From: Girardia tigrina
Lineage: Eukaryota
DNA: 54,250 nt
Assembly: GCA_001938485.1 (NCBI GenBank)
Contig: MQRK01252730.1
Location: 47,473 to 101,722, forward strand
Direction: 5' to 3'
Part shown: piece by piece, positions 50,140 through 54,250 of the stretch
Position numbering within the stretch: the stretch's first letter is position 1
Layout of the letters: every line of letters starts with the position of its first letter
Program-made: the position numbers and the translations under genes
Notes under the pieces: generated by a model
Seen by the model: the letters and a program-made list of their open reading frames with translations, nothing else
The model's database searches: none
What the model was told of the DNA's origin: nothing

Positions 50140-50915
50140 TTGCTACCAGGACAATTCTTCACAAAACTTTTGTAACTTATCCTCGTTCCTGAGTGATAAG
50201 ATTTTATTTCTATTTTCAAGAAGTCTTTTTATTCAAAAAAATTTAGTTTACAATTTGATTACAAAATAATTTACAATTTGAATTTTAAAATAATTTGAAT
50301 CATTTTCAAAAAATTATTTTAAATATATTATTTATGATATATTGAGAACACTAACTGAGTTTTTACCACATTTAGTTGTATCACAATTTGAATTGCTACT
50401 AGGACAATTCTCCGTAAAACCTGCATAGCTCGTCATTCTTGATTGATAAGTTTTTTAATAATATTCTTTAACGTCTTATTATTCCAACAAATTTAATTTT
50501 CAATTCGATTACAAAAATAATTTATACTTTAAATTAAAATTAAGTTTTATTTATTTTAAGAAAAATATTATTAAATATTATTTATGAAATATTAATTTAA
50601 TTTTAAAGTTGATTATTTAAATTTAAATAACTGATTAAATAATCCGACGTTTTAAAATATTTTAAATATCAATCTTCCACCTTAGTAGTAGAAACACAAA
50701 CCTAAAACAATATACCAAACAACCTACAATAATGACCATTCAAAAATATTCCTCACATGATATATTAATCTAATTTTAAAGTTGTTATTTAAAATTTTTA
50801 AATTAATTAAATAATCCGACATTTTAAACATTGAAAATATCAATATCAAAATATCCGGGTTGGAGAAACACAATCCTAAAACAACATGCAATAAACACCA
50901 TTCAAAAATATTAAA
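50140..50915 (+). repeat. LTR-like repeat with internal A-A'-B-B' duplication
   Basis: Block A at about 50140-50340 and 50392-50590; block B at about 50600-50757 (ends ttcctcaca) and 50770-50912. A single A-B copy lies at 14265-14630. Confidence 0.75.
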
Positions 50916-51457
50916 AAATAAAAGTATTTATTTTAGAAATAAAATTTACAAATATAAAAAATTACAAAAAAATGTTTAAGCATAACAGGGTAGATAGATT
51001 AAGTTACAAAAATTGTCTTTGGTTAAATGTTGATGTAAAATTATATATTCCATTATAATTTTAAAAGCATTTTCTAAAATTTTAGTATGATTTACAAGTT
51101 TTTAAAACCTAGAATGTATAAATGCAAGTTTATATATTTGATATTTTCTGATAAATAAAATAAAACATGTGAAAGACTTGAAACCTTATGAGGAAAACGA
51201 ATTTGTAAACCAAGAAGACTTTCTTCTCATATTCAACTTTCAACGACCAAGATTATGTAAAAATGTAAGTCTATTTATCAATTTTAAAGTCTTTCAAACA
51301 TATTAGTTCAATATAATTTTTAAAGTTAACACTGAATTTAAAATTTATAATAAAACGTATTTGAATTACAATATAAAAATATGTATTTCAAATTTCCATT
51401 ATTTTCTCCTTACGATCGTTACTGACATCCAAATATTTTCGAAAATGTTAATGAATT

Positions 51458-51560
51458 TTAAGTCCTCTTTGAATTAAATGTTTCCCTAAAGTAATTATAC
51501 AGGAACCGAAATAAATTGATGTCAGACGGTGCTAGGTCTAGTGAAGGAAAATATGGTTCA
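51458..51560 (-). mobile_element. mariner (DD34D-type) transposase fragment
   Basis: EPYFPSLDLAPSDINLFRFLYNYFRETFNS resembles HPPYSPDLAPSDYHLFRSLQN.L.GK.FNS. Confidence 0.75.
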
Positions 51561-53263
51561 TTTTGATGCCATTCCTGTCGGGAATTACATTCTTCTGTAA
51601 ATAATTTTTCTGTCTTAATTTATTCAAATTTCTTGTAATTTAACACTCCTGTCTTTATTAAATAATCTAAATCTATACCATTAGATATTTGTACAATTTC
51701 CATTAGGCGATCTATCGTCTAAAAAATCAAGCAAATTTGGCAATACTAAAAGAAAATTAACAAGTATTTAATTTAAAACGCGTCCAATCTTTGATTATAG
51801 AGTTCGCAGAAGTATGTTTTGATGAGAGCAAATTTTATTGAACCAGTGTTTCTTAACAAAAAGTTTTAAATTGTAAGTAATTCGTTATCTTCTTGTTTAT
51901 TTATAATGCATTAAAATATTATTTTTTCAAATATTATTAAAAAATGAAATATATAAGTTGTTTTTATATATTTATATTTTTGTATGTGCTTTAATAAAAG
52001 GAGATATAACAAAATAAACTAACATTAAAGCATCAGCCTTTCCTGATTGAAAGGTACCATATTTAATAATTATTTAAATAATAGAATTAGTGTGATTTTC
52101 TGCAAAATTGATACTTTTCAAATTCATTATCAGCTGATTTCAATAAAACAATATTAAATAGAAAAAATTAACAAGTTAATAGATAAATTGTATTTTACGA
52201 ATAAAACAATTTCAAAAGTGAGAAAGCTTCCAAACTTCTTAGATAAACCTTAAAATAGGAAAGTTCTAAAATTTTTTAAATTATAAAGGAAGTCTAAAGG
52301 TTAAAAATTAACTCCATTAATACAACCTTCTCTATCATTGAGAATCTACTAAAGCTCTTGTAATCATCTATAAATATTTTAATCATTGTTCTTCTGGAGA
52401 ATATTTAGATTTGCGAATATTTTACGGTTAAAGATTACCAAAAATCATTATACGTTTAACATTAATTTTTTTATATTTATGAAATACCATGCTTAACTTT
52501 CTTGTTTTATACCTATTTCACCGAGATCTTCAAATTTCTGACATACCATGATTAATATTACAAAGAGTAGTTTAAAATTTTTAGCTAAGTTTTAAATTGT
52601 TTAATTTATTTTAATCGTTTTTGTATTTTTTTACTTTAAAGGGTGAATTTCAAATAATAAGATTAGGAAAAGGTTAAGGTCTATTATTTTCAACTATTAT
52701 TGTAAACATTTTCAAAGTTAATGATTTCCATGTAGCAAGCAATGAAGATATAATTGTATTCTTATAAATATACATGAATAAGGATATTGCGCAATGTGCA
52801 ATGCACATCCTCTTGGTGCCTAGAATTATGTAATTTTTAAAAAATTTTTATTTTATGTGTTTTTGGTGTATGATATATCGAAACTTGTATAGTAATCCAT
52901 TTTTAAAAAAAACATTAAGTAAATAACTTTTCACGTTCGAGTAGATTGAATAAGGTTTTTGATCACTGCAAATTTGCAAAGATAGAACTTCATCAATATC
53001 AAAAATTGAATTTTGTAATCTTCAGAATAATTTCGATTCACATAATGAGAGGTTATATAGTGAATCATTGCTAATAACCCATTGATTAACATTCAAAATG
53101 GGAAAAGTAAAACAGCCTCAAAATTAAATATCTTTAAATAAAATAAATAATATATTAACAAATTAAATTAAACTTTATATCATTTCTGTAATATTATAAA
53201 ATAAAAATAAATAAATTATTAAAATAAAAAAATTATAAATACAAATAAATTACAACACCAATA

Positions 53264-53305
53264 AAGTTGCTGAAGATAAGAAAGTGATCGAAACATGTCC
53301 AAAGT
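53264..53305 (+). ncRNA. Orphan hammerhead-like motif with degenerate stem II
   Basis: TTG CTGAAGA taagaaagtgatc GAAA CATG TC CAA: intact core, palindromic stem III ACATGT, GUC site, 3-bp stem I; stem II barely pairs. Confidence 0.4.
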
Positions 53306-54250
53306 TGACTTTCAAGCAAATATCTATTCTAAAAATATCAAATTATTATTAACTAGATTATATAATATATCTGTGTGTTGTTATAACCGTTTTTGAATTA
53401 TATATTGGTTTTGTTAAAATTATTTTTCTTTATTTTTTCTTACCTTATTTTGGTGCTTTCCTTATAATGATGCTTTGGTGTTTGTCTATACATATAAACC
53501 GAAAATGAATGATTCTTTTTAATTTAATAATTTCCCTTATAAAGTTACTCATCAAATATAAAATAATTTTTGTAATAAACAATAGCTATAATAGCAACTA
53601 TTTTATGTTTTAATGCATAAATTTTTAATAGTTAAGTGTCTATTTATCGATCGATATAATTAATATTTTTAAAATAATAATTCAATATTTTCCCGTAAAC
53701 AGCGTAAATAATGAATGATGGAAATTAATTATAAAAAATTCTAAAAAGTTGTAATTTCACTTTGAAGCATTAAATGATTCAACTTTTTTGTTATAAAGGA
53801 GGTTTGAAGGCAAATATAATACGTTAAACTTCCATTAAATAAAATAAATAGAAATAAATATTTAGTTTAGAAATATATAACATTAATTATTAAATAAACA
53901 AACATATACAAAGAGAAAGAGAAAAAGAATTCGTTTAAAACGATCTCAAAAACATGATGTTCATCAAAGAAGTGTAGTAACAATAACAGGATGTATTAAT
54001 TTACATTGAGTTGTATGGGACACCAGATATTTGGTTTTTTGAATACAGATTTTCTTAACCGAACATTAACAACTTTAATCTGATAAAGTTGCTACAAATG
54101 CCGACATAAAGGAAATTGAGAGCGGTTAGTGCTTGCAGTTGAACGAACTTTGCTTGTAAATTGAAGGAATCAAGATAAAATATTAAATTCCATTGATTTT
54201 GTTGAAGTTTTTTAAAATGTATATAATAATTCACATATATATATATATAT

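Noticed and set aside
52770-53330. Possible minus-strand multi-exon gene
   Set aside because: Candidate exons contain an in-frame stop and no recognisable protein.

Overview
Very AT-rich eukaryotic genomic scaffold, bounded by (AT)n at both ends and containing one 42-N gap. Composition and repeat content fit an invertebrate such as a planarian flatworm; this is inference, not proven. I can support no intact host gene, rRNA, tRNA or CRISPR array. The window is a transposon graveyard: two Ty3/Gypsy pol remnants (one with a probable PPT and 3' LTR), four Penelope-like (GIY-YIG) 3' remnants, three PLE-linked minimal hammerhead motifs plus one orphan candidate, several Tc1/mariner remnants, a Chapaev3-like remnant, and dispersed LTR-like repeats. 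Most notable: (1) a TIR-bounded DD41D (rosa-type) Tc1/mariner element whose transposase middle is replaced by about 950 bp of foreign antisense coding DNA with KWGS repeats; (2) scattered intronless decayed minus-strand ORFs, including BTB(-BACK)-like and SH2/SOCS-box-like ones, possibly cargo of a large uncharacterised mobile element; (3) a PPT/LTR-start-like region with clustered RFX X-box-like motifs; (4) Penelope copies with an inverted 3' duplication and hammerheads. All family calls come from manual translation and motif recognition; no searches were run, and boundaries of decayed elements are approximate.
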